Source: Alphaproteobacteria bacterium
GTDB lineage: Bacteria > Pseudomonadota > Alphaproteobacteria > UBA2966
Reading direction: 5' to 3'
Assembly (NCBI GenBank): GCA_964291395.2
Contig: OZ219858.1
Span: 896,001-960,000, forward strand
DNA length: 64,000 bases
In this document: positions 1 to 10,463 of the stretch, piece by piece
How the letters are laid out: each line of letters opens with the position of its first letter
How positions within the stretch are numbered: the stretch's first letter is position 1
The notes under the pieces: generated by a model
Database searches by the model: none
Told to the model about the DNA's origin: nothing
The model's input: the letters and a program-made list of their open reading frames with translations, nothing else
Program-made: the position numbers and the translations under genes

Positions 1-267
1 AAGTACGTCCTTCGTTGCGTCGAGTTCCGGTTCCTGAGGCAGATATCCCACCTTCGCGCCTTCCGCGGCCCAAGCTTCACCTGCGAACTCGGTCTCAACT
101 CCGGCCATGATGCGTAGCAGGGTGGATTTTCCCGCGCCGTTGTATCCCAGGACACCGATTTTGGCGCCGGGGAGAAACGACAAACGGATGTTCTTGAGGA
201 TCTCACGACCTCCCGGATAGGACTTCGTTAGGCCGTTCATCGTGTAGATGTATTGGTAGGAGGCCAT
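1..267 (-). CDS. ettA: Energy-dependent translational throttle protein EttA (ABC-F), 5' part; runs off the window
   Basis: Manual translation MASYQYIYTMNGLTKSYPGGREILKNIRLSFLPGAKIGVLGYNGAGKSTLLRIMAG gives the EttA N-terminus with Walker A. Confidence 0.93.
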   Translation of the reverse strand, partial: MASYQYIYTMNGLTKSYPGGREILKNIRLSFLPGAKIGVLGYNGAGKSTLLRIMAGVETEFAGEAWAAEGAKVGYLPQEPELDATKDVL

Positions 268-435
268 GTATTTTCCCGAGGCGATCAGCTGTTGGGGACG
301 CCACCCGTCCAGGTTTTTAAGCAATCGTCTTTGCGCCCGCAATGAACTGCACCTGGGTTCGGCAAGGAACTCGATGTAGTGTCCCGAGACCATTCCCGTC
401 ACGGCAGCCTCTGACTCTCCCACGGATCGATCCTC

Positions 436-1323
436 ATGCCCGTCTCCGCCCTGATCCTGGCGTCGGCCTTCTGGGCATCGACGATGATTGCGAACAAATC
501 CATCGTGGACGACTTGGTGATATCGGAGATCGCGATAGGGCGTTTCGCCATCGGGGCCCTGGTGATGTGGTCGATCGCCGTACTGGCGGGGCAAGGCCGT
601 AGACTAAAGGAAATCGGGTGGGGGCCGGTGCTGCTGGGCATTTTGGATCCCGGTATCGCGGCGATTTTCATCATCTGGGGTTTGACGCTGAGCAGCGCCG
701 TGAGCGGCGTGGTCCTTCTCAGCACGCAGCCCATCTTGATGCCGTTGCTGGGCTGGCTGGTGCTTCGGGAGTCGATTCGGGGCAGCGTCGTCGCGGGGGC
801 CGCGGTCGCTTTCGCCGGTGCGATTCTGCTCGTCCATGGGCAGGAGGATCACGGCGGCGGCTCGATGCTTGGCGATGTGTTTCTCGCGATCGGTGTCCTG
901 ATCATTTGCGGCGCGCAATTGATCGCACGACGAATCGCTCAGGTTCACGGCCGCGCCATGGCGGTCACCAGCATTCAGTTGACGATGGCGGCGCTGGTTG
1001 GATTGTTCGTGATGGTCGCCGTCGAACGACCGGCATCACCCTTCGCGGACATGGATCCGAAGGTCGTTCTGACGCTACTCTATCTCGGTGTCATCGGCAG
1101 CACGGGGCCGTTTTTCCTCTACAACTACGCACTGCGCTTTTTGACGGTCGGCATGGTCAGCCTGATTTTGACGTTGATCGGTCCGCTCGGCGCACTGATG
1201 TCCTGGCTCTACCTCGGGACGGAAGTAACGCTGCTGGATTGGATCGCCATATCGATCGTCGTCTTCGGAGTGCTTCTGCCAACCATCTCGGAGTACCGGC
1301 TGTCGGGTCGGCGCAGCTTTTAG
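436..1323 (+). CDS. DMT/EamA family transporter
   Basis: 295 aa, about 10 hydrophobic segments, two EamA repeats. Confidence 0.85.
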   Translation: MPVSALILASAFWASTMIANKSIVDDLVISEIAIGRFAIGALVMWSIAVLAGQGRRLKEIGWGPVLLGILDPGIAAIFIIWGLTLSSAVSGVVLLSTQPILMPLLGWLVLRESIRGSVVAGAAVAFAGAILLVHGQEDHGGGSMLGDVFLAIGVLIICGAQLIARRIAQVHGRAMAVTSIQLTMAALVGLFVMVAVERPASPFADMDPKVVLTLLYLGVIGSTGPFFLYNYALRFLTVGMVSLILTLIGPLGALMSWLYLGTEVTLLDWIAISIVVFGVLLPTISEYRLSGRRSF

Positions 1324-1485
1324 CGCGGTCCATCCCAGGTGATGGCGTCTGTAGCCGCCGATGCCCATGCTGTGGTATCTCCCTTGCGGTCTATTCCGGA
1401 ACTCGCCCCGCCTTGTGGCACGTAACCCGGCCCGGATACGATTCGCGGGCACGCCGGACGCCCCCACCACACAGGAAGGGATACG

Positions 1486-2439
1486 ATGTCGCGCATAGCG
1501 GTTCTTGACGATTATCAAGGCGTCGCCCTCGATATGGCCGACTGGAGCCGAGTGGCCGCGCAAGCGGAGGTCGTGGTATTCAATGACCACATCTCCGAGG
1601 CCGATGCCGTCGCCGACCGCCTGAGGGGGTTCGATATCGTCTGCGCCATGCGGGAGCGCACGCCCTTTTCCCGCGGTCTCCTCGCTAAATTGCCGGATCT
1701 GAAGCTGCTGATCACGACGGGACCGCGGAACGCCTCCATCGACGTCGCCGCGGCCAACGAGCGGGGGATCACGGTATGTCATACGGCTTCCCTGCCGACC
1801 GGCACACCCGAGCTGACTTGGGCCCTGATACTTGCGCTGGCCCGGCGCATTCCGCTTGAGTTCGCGAACATGCGCGACGGACGCTGGCAGACCACCGTGG
1901 GTGCGGATCTCGCGGGAAAGACCCTCGGCATCCTGGGTCTCGGCAGGCTCGGTTCCCGTGTGGCGCGCGTGGCGACCGCGTTTGGAATGTCCGTAATCTC
2001 CTGGAGCCAGAACCTGACCGATGAACGAGCCGACGAATGCGGTGCCGTGCGGGTGGGCAAGGAAGAGCTCCTGACCCGGTCCGACTTCATAACGATTCAT
2101 TTGGTATTGAGCGAGCGCACCCGCGGCCTGATCGGCGCCGAACAGCTCGCCCGCATGAAGGCGAGCGCTTACCTGGTCAACACTTCACGAGGACCGATCG
2201 TCCGGGAATCGGCTCTAGTGGACGCCATCCGACAGGGCGTCATCGCCGGCGCGGGCCTTGATGTGTATGACGTCGAGCCGTTGCCGACGGACCATCCGTA
2301 TCGGAACCTGCCCAACGTGGTGCTCACGCCGCACATCGGCTACGTCACCGGGGAAAGTTATCGGCTGTTCTACGGCGAGGTCGTGGAGAACATCGAAGCG
2401 TGGCTGGACGGCAACCCGATCCGTATCCTGAATTCCTGA
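1486..2439 (+). CDS. D-2-hydroxyacid dehydrogenase family protein
   Basis: GLGRLG NAD motif, NTSRG, DVYDVEP, TPHIG; AGGAAGG RBS. Confidence 0.92.
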   Translation: MSRIAVLDDYQGVALDMADWSRVAAQAEVVVFNDHISEADAVADRLRGFDIVCAMRERTPFSRGLLAKLPDLKLLITTGPRNASIDVAAANERGITVCHTASLPTGTPELTWALILALARRIPLEFANMRDGRWQTTVGADLAGKTLGILGLGRLGSRVARVATAFGMSVISWSQNLTDERADECGAVRVGKEELLTRSDFITIHLVLSERTRGLIGAEQLARMKASAYLVNTSRGPIVRESALVDAIRQGVIAGAGLDVYDVEPLPTDHPYRNLPNVVLTPHIGYVTGESYRLFYGEVVENIEAWLDGNPIRILNS

Positions 2440-2459
2440 TCCGCGGACGGGAGACTGCC

Positions 2460-3011
2460 ATGGCTCGCCTTCCGGAACTCGATCCCGACACCATGTCGCC
2501 GGAGCAACGCCAAGTCTACGACGACATCGTCAACGGCCCACGCGGCAAGGTCCAGGGACCTTTCCACGCTTGGTTGAGGAGTCCCGATCTTTGCGGGCGC
2601 GCCCAGAAGCTGGGCGCCTTCTGTCGCTTCGGCTCGTCGCTGCCGCCGCGTCTCTCCGAACTCGCGATCCTGACCGTCGCGCGCCACGCGACATGCCAGG
2701 TGGAGTGGTACCTCCACGAACCGATCGCCCGGGACGCCGGTATCGCGGACGACGTAATCGAGGACATCAGAAATGGCCGCGTGCCCGAGTTTGCCAACGA
2801 AGACGAAGGCGCGGTCTACGCGGCGGTCACGGACCTGCTGGGAACGCACTGCCTGTCCAACGAGGCCTATGCCGATGCGCTGGCGCTGCTCGGCGAGCGG
2901 GGCGTCGTCGATCTGGTGGGTATTGTCGGCTACTACATCCTGGTGGCGTTGACCTTGAACGGTTTTGAAGTTCCAGTCCCCGACGGTGCGCCTCCGCCTC
3001 TATCGGACTGA
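2460..3011 (+). CDS. Carboxymuconolactone decarboxylase family protein
   Basis: GPFHAWLRSP, LSELAIL, EWYLH; ATG at 2460 after GGGAG. Confidence 0.85.
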   Translation: MARLPELDPDTMSPEQRQVYDDIVNGPRGKVQGPFHAWLRSPDLCGRAQKLGAFCRFGSSLPPRLSELAILTVARHATCQVEWYLHEPIARDAGIADDVIEDIRNGRVPEFANEDEGAVYAAVTDLLGTHCLSNEAYADALALLGERGVVDLVGIVGYYILVALTLNGFEVPVPDGAPPPLSD

Positions 3012-3020
3012 CGTTGCGGC

Positions 3021-4163
3021 CTATGCGATTTCGACGTGCATGACCTGCATGTCGCGGACCGCGGCCAAGTCGGGCTCGACACCGAGCCCCGGGGCATCGC
3101 TGAGCACAAACGCGCCGTCGACAAGTTCGGGGTATGGCTCGGCCAATCCCTCCCGCAAGGGGTTGGCATTGAAGTCCACTTCGAGCAGCCCGTCCCCGTT
3201 GGCCGCCGCGAGCAGATGCGCGGCGGCCATGAGGCCGATGCCGCCAGCCAGAAAATGGGGACAATAGGTCAGGCCCGCATCGGCGATCATCCGTACGACA
3301 CGCCAGCAACCGGTGATCCCACCCCACTTGCAGGCGTCCGGTTGCACGAAACGGCACCAGCCTGACTTGACGAGATTCCGGTAGGCCGCTTCGCCTCGCA
3401 GGTTTTCACCGCCGGCCAACGCGATCTCCGAACTCTCGCACAGAGTCCGCCATTCTTGCGCCGGCCGGTCCGCGGGCAGCGGCTCTTCCAGCCACGTCAG
3501 AGGCATTCCCGCCATCCGGCGCGCCATGTCGGCCGCCGTGGTGAGATCCCAGGCTTGGTTGGCGTCGACCATGAAGCGCTCACCGTCGGCGAGTTCACCA
3601 GCGATCTCCCTCATGTTGTCGAGATCCCTGTCTTCGCCGAACCCGATCTTGAGCTTGAAATTCCGAAATCCCGCGTCGCGGGCGCGCTCCACCGTCTCGT
3701 ACGCACCGTCCGGATTGATTCCGCTCGCGTAGGCGGGTACCGCTCCCAAGGCGGAGGGCGACAACAGGTCTCGAAGAGGCGTGCCCTGTCGCCTGGAAAC
3801 CAAGTCCCACAATGCGATGTCGAGCCCTCCCAGGCATTGCGAAATCGTGCCCGGTTCACCGGATTGGAGCGTCCAGACGTGTGTCTCCGCCGTCAGCGTG
3901 TCGAAGGCGTCTTCGGGAGACCCGAAGGACCGGTCGATGATCCGAGGCGCCAGAAGCGTCTCGAGCCAGCGGGCGCGATGCTCGGCGCCGCTATTTGGGA
4001 AATTGCACCAGACTTCACCCCAGCCAAAAGCGCCATCCCGGTCCTCGAGGCGGACGAGAACGACGGGGCGGTCATGGAACGTCCCGAAGGCGGCGACAAC
4101 GGGCACGTCGACCGGTGCTCGAAAGACGTAACATTCCACGCGCCGGATATTGATCTCGTTCAT
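3021..4163 (-). CDS. Mandelate racemase/muconate lactonizing enzyme (enolase superfamily)
   Basis: DIALWD, KLKIG, DANQ, WLEEP, GGEN, QPD, PGLG motifs. Confidence 0.9.
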   Translation of the reverse strand: MNEINIRRVECYVFRAPVDVPVVAAFGTFHDRPVVLVRLEDRDGAFGWGEVWCNFPNSGAEHRARWLETLLAPRIIDRSFGSPEDAFDTLTAETHVWTLQSGEPGTISQCLGGLDIALWDLVSRRQGTPLRDLLSPSALGAVPAYASGINPDGAYETVERARDAGFRNFKLKIGFGEDRDLDNMREIAGELADGERFMVDANQAWDLTTAADMARRMAGMPLTWLEEPLPADRPAQEWRTLCESSEIALAGGENLRGEAAYRNLVKSGWCRFVQPDACKWGGITGCWRVVRMIADAGLTYCPHFLAGGIGLMAAAHLLAAANGDGLLEVDFNANPLREGLAEPYPELVDGAFVLSDAPGLGVEPDLAAVRDMQVMHVEIA

Positions 4164-4330
4164 GCTGCGTCTCTGGATCTGTTGCTGTCAGGGCAGGACG
4201 TTTCAACCTGCCACATCGGTTCGGACCACGCAGCCCCGTATCGGGAGCGTGATCAATCGTGCTATGGCCGGAGCCGTTCCCATTTTCCCTTGACGAGCCG
4301 CCAAACGTTGAAGAGTCGCGATAACCTGCC

Positions 4331-5233
4331 GTGCTGACTGCCGTCCGCTATTGGTTCCATTCCCTGCCCCATCTTCCCCGTGCCATCGGACTGATGATCA
4401 TGGCGACGTTTCTGCTGTCCGTGATGCTCGGCCTCATCCGCTTCGTGTCCTTCGAGCTGCATCCGTTTGAAGTGGTGTTCTTTCGCAACCTGTTCGGCCT
4501 GGGAATATTGCTCCCGGTCTTGTTGAAAGCGGGAATAGAGCCCCTTCGGACCAAGCGGATCGGATTGCACAGCATCAGGGGGTTCCTGCAATCCGCCTCC
4601 ATGTGCCTATTTTTCTACGGGCTGAGCCTGACGACCCTGGCCAAGGTTGCCGCACTCAACTTCACGGCACCGCTGTTCGCTTCGGTCGCCGCGGTCCTGT
4701 TACTGCGCGAGCCTCTTGGGTTCAACCGGGCATCCGCTCTGGTCGTCGGTTTTTTCGGGGCCTTGGTGATCCTCCGTCCGGGACTCGCGATCTTCAACGT
4801 CGGCGCGGGCATGATCCTGACATCGGCCATGATCTGGGGGGTGGTCCTGATCATCATCAAGCGCCTTGCCGTCACGGAATCGAGCCTGACGATCACGCTT
4901 TACATGATGCTGTACCTGACCCCGTTGACGCTCATCGCCGCCATCTTCGTGTGGGAGTGGCCGACGCTCGTGCAACTCGGCTGGCTGATGGCGGTGGGTA
5001 GCTGCGGCACCGCCGGGCACCTGTGCATGGCGCAAGCGCTCAAGGATGCCGACACCACGGCTGTCATGCCGTTCGACTTCGGCCGGCTCATTTGGGCCGG
5101 TCTCATCGGATTCCTGTTCTTCGCCGAAATTCCGGATGTCTGGACCCTGATCGGTGCGGTGGTGATCTTCTCTGCCGCGATGTACCTTGCCGTTCAGGAG
5201 TCACGCCGGAACGCGTCCATTGCTCCCACGTGA
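4331..5233 (+). CDS. DMT/EamA family transporter
   Basis: EVVFFRN, FTAPLF, multi-TM profile. Confidence 0.87.
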   Translation: MLTAVRYWFHSLPHLPRAIGLMIMATFLLSVMLGLIRFVSFELHPFEVVFFRNLFGLGILLPVLLKAGIEPLRTKRIGLHSIRGFLQSASMCLFFYGLSLTTLAKVAALNFTAPLFASVAAVLLLREPLGFNRASALVVGFFGALVILRPGLAIFNVGAGMILTSAMIWGVVLIIIKRLAVTESSLTITLYMMLYLTPLTLIAAIFVWEWPTLVQLGWLMAVGSCGTAGHLCMAQALKDADTTAVMPFDFGRLIWAGLIGFLFFAEIPDVWTLIGAVVIFSAAMYLAVQESRRNASIAPT

Positions 5234-5259
5234 TCGCGATTGGAGGCACAGGGGTCAGC

Positions 5260-6009
5260 ATGACGAAGACAGCTCTGGTAACCGGCGGCGGTTCGGGAAT
5301 CGGCCGCCATGCGGCATTGGCATTGCTAAAGGCTGGCTACAGGGTTGTCATTTGTGGCCGAAGGGAAGAGGCGCTTCGGGAAACGATTTCCCTGGCGGGT
5401 GCCGGAAGCGACGGCATCGAGTCCATTCGATGCGACGTCTCCGATCCGCAGGCCGTCGCGGCGATGTTCCGGGAGATCGAAAGCATCTACGGTCGGCTCG
5501 ACGTGTTGTTCAACAACGCTGGTGCGAATACGCCATCGACCAACTTCGGTGACCTGTCTTATGAGCAGTGGAGGCAGGTGCTCGACGTAAATCTGACCGG
5601 GGTCTTTCTCTGCGCCCAGCGCGCGTTCGAGCTCATGCGCCGCCAGGAACCCCAGGGCGGTCGCATCATCAACAACGGCTCGATCTCGGCGCATGCGCCT
5701 CGCCCGGGGTCGGCGCCCTACACGTCGTCGAAGCACGCGGTCACGGGGCTGACCAAGTCGATCTCGCTCGATGGACGGGCCTACAACATCGCCTGTGGCC
5801 AGATCGACATCGGTAACGCGCTGACCCCGCTGACGGAGAGGATGGCGAAGGGCGTGCCGCAGGCCGACGGGAGCATCAGGCCGGAGGACACGATGGACGT
5901 GGAGCATGCGGCGAACGCCGTGGTCTCCATGGCTGAACTCCCCCTCACCGCCAACGTCCAGTTCATGACGATCATGGCAACGAACATTCCCTTCATCGGC
6001 CGCGGTTAG
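5260..6009 (+). CDS. SDR family oxidoreductase
   Basis: [12 protein letters not shown], YxxxK (YTSSK). Confidence 0.92.
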   Translation: MTKTALVTGGGSGIGRHAALALLKAGYRVVICGRREEALRETISLAGAGSDGIESIRCDVSDPQAVAAMFREIESIYGRLDVLFNNAGANTPSTNFGDLSYEQWRQVLDVNLTGVFLCAQRAFELMRRQEPQGGRIINNGSISAHAPRPGSAPYTSSKHAVTGLTKSISLDGRAYNIACGQIDIGNALTPLTERMAKGVPQADGSIRPEDTMDVEHAANAVVSMAELPLTANVQFMTIMATNIPFIGRG

Positions 6010-6125
6010 GATTCACCACGGAAGCACTTGGCTGCAGAGGGGTTGTGCATGGGAGCGTGAGTCGTAGACAACAGGCTTGCGGCACTCTCTCTGCGCCTCC
6101 GCGGCGCTGTGCTTAAATCCCCGAT

Positions 6126-7058
6126 ATGCCGGAGCTCCCCGACATCACCGTCTACATCGAGGCGCTCGAGAAGCGGACCGTCGGTCAGCGGCTCATGCAG
6201 GTTCGCGTCACCCACCCGTTCCTCGTGCGATCGGTCGATCCGCCGATGTCGAAGATCCGAGGCAAGATGGTCAACGGTTATCGCCGGATCGGAAAGCGCA
6301 TCGTCATGGCATTGGAGGACGAGCTCTTTCTGGTCTTGCATCTGATGATCGCCGGCCGGCTGCAGTGGAAGACGTCGAGCGACGCCAAACCACCCGGTCG
6401 TCGCGGTTTGGCGGCGTTCGGCTTCGAGTCCGGCACCCTTATCCTCACAGAGGCGGGCGGCAAACGGCGGGCGTCGCTGCACGCCGTGCGAGGCGAACAA
6501 GAACTTGTCGAGCATGATCCGGGCGGGTTGGAGGTTCTCGATCTCGACCTGGAGGCGTTCCGAGGGGTCCTTTTGCGCGAGAACCATTCCGTCAAACGCG
6601 CGCTGACGGATCCCCGAATTTTGAGCGGAATCGGCAACGCCTACTCGGACGAGATCCTGCACCGAGCGCGGCTATCTCCCGTGAAATGGACGGAACGCCT
6701 CACGGACGATGAATTTTCACGCCTTCACGATGCCACGCAAACCGTCCTGTCGGAGTGGATCGGGCGCCTTCGAGAAGAAATGGGAGACGGGTTTCCGGAA
6801 AAGGTGACGGCCTTCCGGCCCGAGATGGCGGTGCACGGCAAGTATCGCGAACCCTGCCCGGTATGTGACTCTCCGGTACAACGAATCGTCTATGCGTCGA
6901 ACGAATCCAACTACTGCCCGACCTGCCAGACGGACGGAAAACTCCTGGCCGATCGCGCGCTATCCAAGTTGCTCAAGGGCAACTGGCCGAAGACCCTGGA
7001 AGAGATGGAGGAACGTCGCGTGATGGCGCGAAGCCATGGTGGTTCAAATTGGACCTGA
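6126..7058 (+). CDS. Fpg/Nei family DNA glycosylase/AP lyase
   Basis: N-terminal PELP, H2TH GIGNAYSDEIL, zinc finger CPVC...CPTC. Confidence 0.9.
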   Translation: MPELPDITVYIEALEKRTVGQRLMQVRVTHPFLVRSVDPPMSKIRGKMVNGYRRIGKRIVMALEDELFLVLHLMIAGRLQWKTSSDAKPPGRRGLAAFGFESGTLILTEAGGKRRASLHAVRGEQELVEHDPGGLEVLDLDLEAFRGVLLRENHSVKRALTDPRILSGIGNAYSDEILHRARLSPVKWTERLTDDEFSRLHDATQTVLSEWIGRLREEMGDGFPEKVTAFRPEMAVHGKYREPCPVCDSPVQRIVYASNESNYCPTCQTDGKLLADRALSKLLKGNWPKTLEEMEERRVMARSHGGSNWT

Positions 7059-8549
7059 ACCGCCATGGGCCGCTTCGCACGCTTTCTTCACGGCGCTCAG
7101 CCCGCCACGAAAGGCATAGGCCTCGTATCCCGCCTGCTGCATGATCTCGACGAAGTACGGCGCCTGAGTGCCATAGGTGCAGTAAAGGACGTACGGCTTC
7201 CCCTTGTCCAAATTCCGCAGACCATCGGAAAATGACGCGGGATTGAGATGCACCGCATTTGGGGCGTGCCAAGCCTCGAACATATGACGCGGCTGACAGT
7301 CGACCAGAACCGTGTCGTCCGAAATCTCCTCGGTAAACAGATAAGGTGTTCGCAAATCCGAGGCGTCCAACTTCTTGAGATCGAACACCCGCCGCCCCGC
7401 GGCCGCAGTATCCAAGGTCGCTGGGTCGAGCTTCTTCGCCTCGTCGGCGACGCGCTCGGCCGACGTCGCGGTGACAGGGCGTGCGTCGGTCAGCGCGCAG
7501 TATTCCCGCACGCGCGCGGAGAGAGGCGCCGTCCCGATACGCTCTGCTTCGGCCACGATTTCTCGCTTGTCGTAAGTGATGAGGGGGCGAATGATCGGCA
7601 GCTTGACGGTACCGTCAATGCTGGCCAGGTTCTTCAGCGTTTGTGACGACACTTGGCCGATCGACTCGCCGGTGGCGATGACCTCGAGTCCTTCCGCAAC
7701 GGCGATGCGTTCGGCAACGCCGTACATCTGCCGCTTCAACAGAATTTGCAGATAGGTTTCGCGCGCCTTCTCCCGAAGCTCCTCTACGACCGCTCCGAAA
7801 TCGACGACGAACAGGCGGGGACGCTGACCGTGCGCCCACAACTCGGCGAGCATCTTGGCAACCTGGAGTACCAGGCGCTCGTAAGCGCCACCTCCGAGAT
7901 TGCAGAGCGCGAAGTCCGTGGCCACACCCCGCTTCATCAGTTGCCAGGCCGCTACGGCGGAATCGAATCCGCCGGAAAGCAGCGTCAGGGCGCGGCCTTG
8001 GACGCCGAGGGGCAGTCCCCCGGGGCCCGGCATTCGCGTCGAATACATAGAGGCTTGCGCCAGATCGACTTCCACCTCGACGGCGACTTCCGGCGAATCG
8101 AGGTCGACCCTGCCGAATCGATTGAGGGCGGCCCCCAGTCGCTCGGCCACGTCGGTGCTGGTGAATCCCATCTTGTCCTTGCCGTGTCCGGAGCGCTTGG
8201 CCCGGACCGCGAAGCTCCGGTGCCGGACGGCGTCGGCGAATACGGTCTCTCCCCGCGCGACGATTGCGTCGAGATCACAGTCCGTGGTTGCTTCGATGAT
8301 GGAATACGAGCTGATACCGAAAATCTTGGACAGTATGCTGCACGCCGCTTCTCCCGAATCGGTGGACAGCACGATACGCGCGCCGCTCATCCGCAATTCG
8401 CAGGCGATCCCTCGGGCTCGCAGGGCATCGGCGATATTTGCCCGCAACGTCTCTTGAAAACGCCGCCGCGCTCGTGCCGCTTTCAGCGCGATTTCGCCCG
8501 TAGGCCGAATGACGATGCGTTCGGCCCGGCCCGAAGATTGACCTTCCAT
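7044..8549 (-). CDS. thiI: tRNA 4-thiouridine synthase ThiI (THUMP + PP-loop + rhodanese)
   Basis: GEIALK, SFAVRAKR THUMP, SGGFDS PP-loop, GQVSSQT, EYC, C-terminal rhodanese LYCTYG. Confidence 0.88.
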   Translation of the reverse strand: MEGQSSGRAERIVIRPTGEIALKAARARRRFQETLRANIADALRARGIACELRMSGARIVLSTDSGEAACSILSKIFGISSYSIIEATTDCDLDAIVARGETVFADAVRHRSFAVRAKRSGHGKDKMGFTSTDVAERLGAALNRFGRVDLDSPEVAVEVEVDLAQASMYSTRMPGPGGLPLGVQGRALTLLSGGFDSAVAAWQLMKRGVATDFALCNLGGGAYERLVLQVAKMLAELWAHGQRPRLFVVDFGAVVEELREKARETYLQILLKRQMYGVAERIAVAEGLEVIATGESIGQVSSQTLKNLASIDGTVKLPIIRPLITYDKREIVAEAERIGTAPLSARVREYCALTDARPVTATSAERVADEAKKLDPATLDTAAAGRRVFDLKKLDASDLRTPYLFTEEISDDTVLVDCQPRHMFEAWHAPNAVHLNPASFSDGLRNLDKGKPYVLYCTYGTQAPYFVEIMQQAGYEAYAFRGGLSAVKKACEAAHGGSGPI

Positions 8550-8641
8550 CTCGATCCGGTCGCGCTCGTTGTCCCGATCGGCGCGTTTATAGCGCGGATC
8601 GTCCGGTCCGACTATCGCTGCGGGTTCGCCATGGGTTCGCG

Positions 8642-10249
8642 TTACGCCGCCTTCAGCGCGACGGCGCGTACGCCATCATCCACGTAGTCTTCAAACTGCT
8701 CGAAGTTGCGGTTGAACCGATCCAGAAGATCCGTCGCCGTCGCGTCATAGGCAGTCTGATCCGTCCAGGTGTTGCGCGCGTTGAGGATCTCGCCGGGCAC
8801 ATCGGGGCAGGATTGCGGAATCTCCAAATTGAAGAACGGGTCGGGTGAATAATTCGCCGTGTCGAGGGTCCCGTCGAGCGCGGCATTGAGCAAGGCGCGG
8901 GTATACTTGATCGGCATTCGTTCGCCGACCCCGAACGTCCCTCCAGACCACCCGGTGTTGACCAACCAGCATTTCGATCCGTACTTGGTGATGCGCTCGC
9001 CCAACAGTCGTGCGTAGGTGGATGGATGACGGGGCATGAACGGCGCGCCGAAACACGTCGAGAACGTCGCCTGTGGTTCGCTGCCGAGGCCCATCTCGGT
9101 TCCCGCCACCTTCGCGGTGTAGCCGGAGATGAAATGGTACATCGCTTGCTCGGCCGTCAGCCTGGAAATCGGCGGTAGCACACCGAAGGCATCCGCCGTC
9201 AGCATAACGATATTGGCGGGGTGGCCGGCCGTGCCGTCTTCGACCACGTTCGGAATGAAATCGATGGGATATGACGCCCGCGTGTTTTCGGTGTGCCGTG
9301 CATCGTCGAGATCGAGTACCCTTGCGTCCTCGTCATAGACGACGTTTTCGAGAATGGTTCCGAAGCGGCCCGTGGTCGCATAGATCTGCGGCTCGGCTTC
9401 GGGGCTCAGTCGAATGACTTTGGCGTAACACCCGCCTTCGAAATTGAAGAGTCCCGCGTCGCCCCAACCGTGCTCATCGTCGCCGACGAGTTTTCGATTG
9501 GGATCCGCGGATAGTGTCGTCTTACCCGTCCCGGACAGGCCGAAGAAGACGGCGGCATCACCCGCGGCACCGACATTGACCGAGCAATGCATGGGCAGAA
9601 CGTCGAGCGCCGGCAGGAGATAGTTCAGCACCGTGAAGATCGCCTTCTTTACCTCACCGGCGTACGACGTGCCGCCGATGATCACCGTGCGATCTGCGAA
9701 ACTGATGATGATGATGGTACCCGACCGTGTACCGTCGCGGGTCGGGTCCGCTTGGAAAGCCGGTGCATGTATCACCGTGAACTCGGGATCGAATCCGTCG
9801 AGTTCTCCATCCGTCGGCTGGATGAACATGTTGCGGGCAAACAGACTGTGCCACGCTGACTCGGCGATGACGCGAATGCCAAGGCGATACTTGCTCGAGG
9901 AACCTGCCCAGCAATCCTGTACGAAGACATCGCGGTCATCGAAGTAGGCGAGGACGAGGGCCTTGAGCGCGGCATATTGTTCTTGCTCGATGGGAACGTT
10001 GGTGCCGCTCCACCAGATACTGCCTTCGCTCTCCGGCTCTCTGACAAAATACTTGTCGTTGGCCGAGCGCCCCGTATGCTCACCCGTGAGCACGACAAGT
10101 GGCCCGCCGTCCGCTATGACCCCCTCGCTGCGACGAAGGGATTCCTCGTAAAGATGCGGCGCGTGCAGATTCCAGTAGACCGTACGGGGGTTCGCGATCC
10201 CCTGCTGTTCTATCCCCAGTCTGCTCCTCCGGGGCCCTACATGTTGCAT
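8642..10249 (-). CDS. pckA: Phosphoenolpyruvate carboxykinase (ATP)
   Basis: HTGRS, GLSGTGKTTLS, GDDEHGW, NFEGGCYAK; start trimmed to ATG 10249. Confidence 0.96.
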   Translation of the reverse strand: MQHVGPRRSRLGIEQQGIANPRTVYWNLHAPHLYEESLRRSEGVIADGGPLVVLTGEHTGRSANDKYFVREPESEGSIWWSGTNVPIEQEQYAALKALVLAYFDDRDVFVQDCWAGSSSKYRLGIRVIAESAWHSLFARNMFIQPTDGELDGFDPEFTVIHAPAFQADPTRDGTRSGTIIIISFADRTVIIGGTSYAGEVKKAIFTVLNYLLPALDVLPMHCSVNVGAAGDAAVFFGLSGTGKTTLSADPNRKLVGDDEHGWGDAGLFNFEGGCYAKVIRLSPEAEPQIYATTGRFGTILENVVYDEDARVLDLDDARHTENTRASYPIDFIPNVVEDGTAGHPANIVMLTADAFGVLPPISRLTAEQAMYHFISGYTAKVAGTEMGLGSEPQATFSTCFGAPFMPRHPSTYARLLGERITKYGSKCWLVNTGWSGGTFGVGERMPIKYTRALLNAALDGTLDTANYSPDPFFNLEIPQSCPDVPGEILNARNTWTDQTAYDATATDLLDRFNRNFEQFEDYVDDGVRAVALKAA

Positions 10250-10375
10250 CCGCCAACCCCGAACCCGATAACCACTCCGTGACGCCACGGTAACGACTCC
10301 GTGAAGTCTGCTCAACAGCCTGATACTACTAAATTCGAAGCATCCGCTTGGATGCGAGCGCGTCGCGTCCTGCGC

Positions 10376-10463
10376 TGTGGAGGCCGAGGCGCGGACCGGC
10401 GGTCCGCCCGCCGCAGGCGGATTGGGAATGCCGGAGCGGTTCCAGTCAAACTGGAACCGGCTA
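10376..10463 (-). repeat. Palindromic intergenic repeat, copy A
   Basis: Minus strand TAGCCGGTTCCAGTTTGACTGGAACCGCTCCGGCATTCCC...GGCGGACCGCCGGTCCGC...CTCCACA; similar to 27304-27378 and 62369-62445. Confidence 0.7.
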
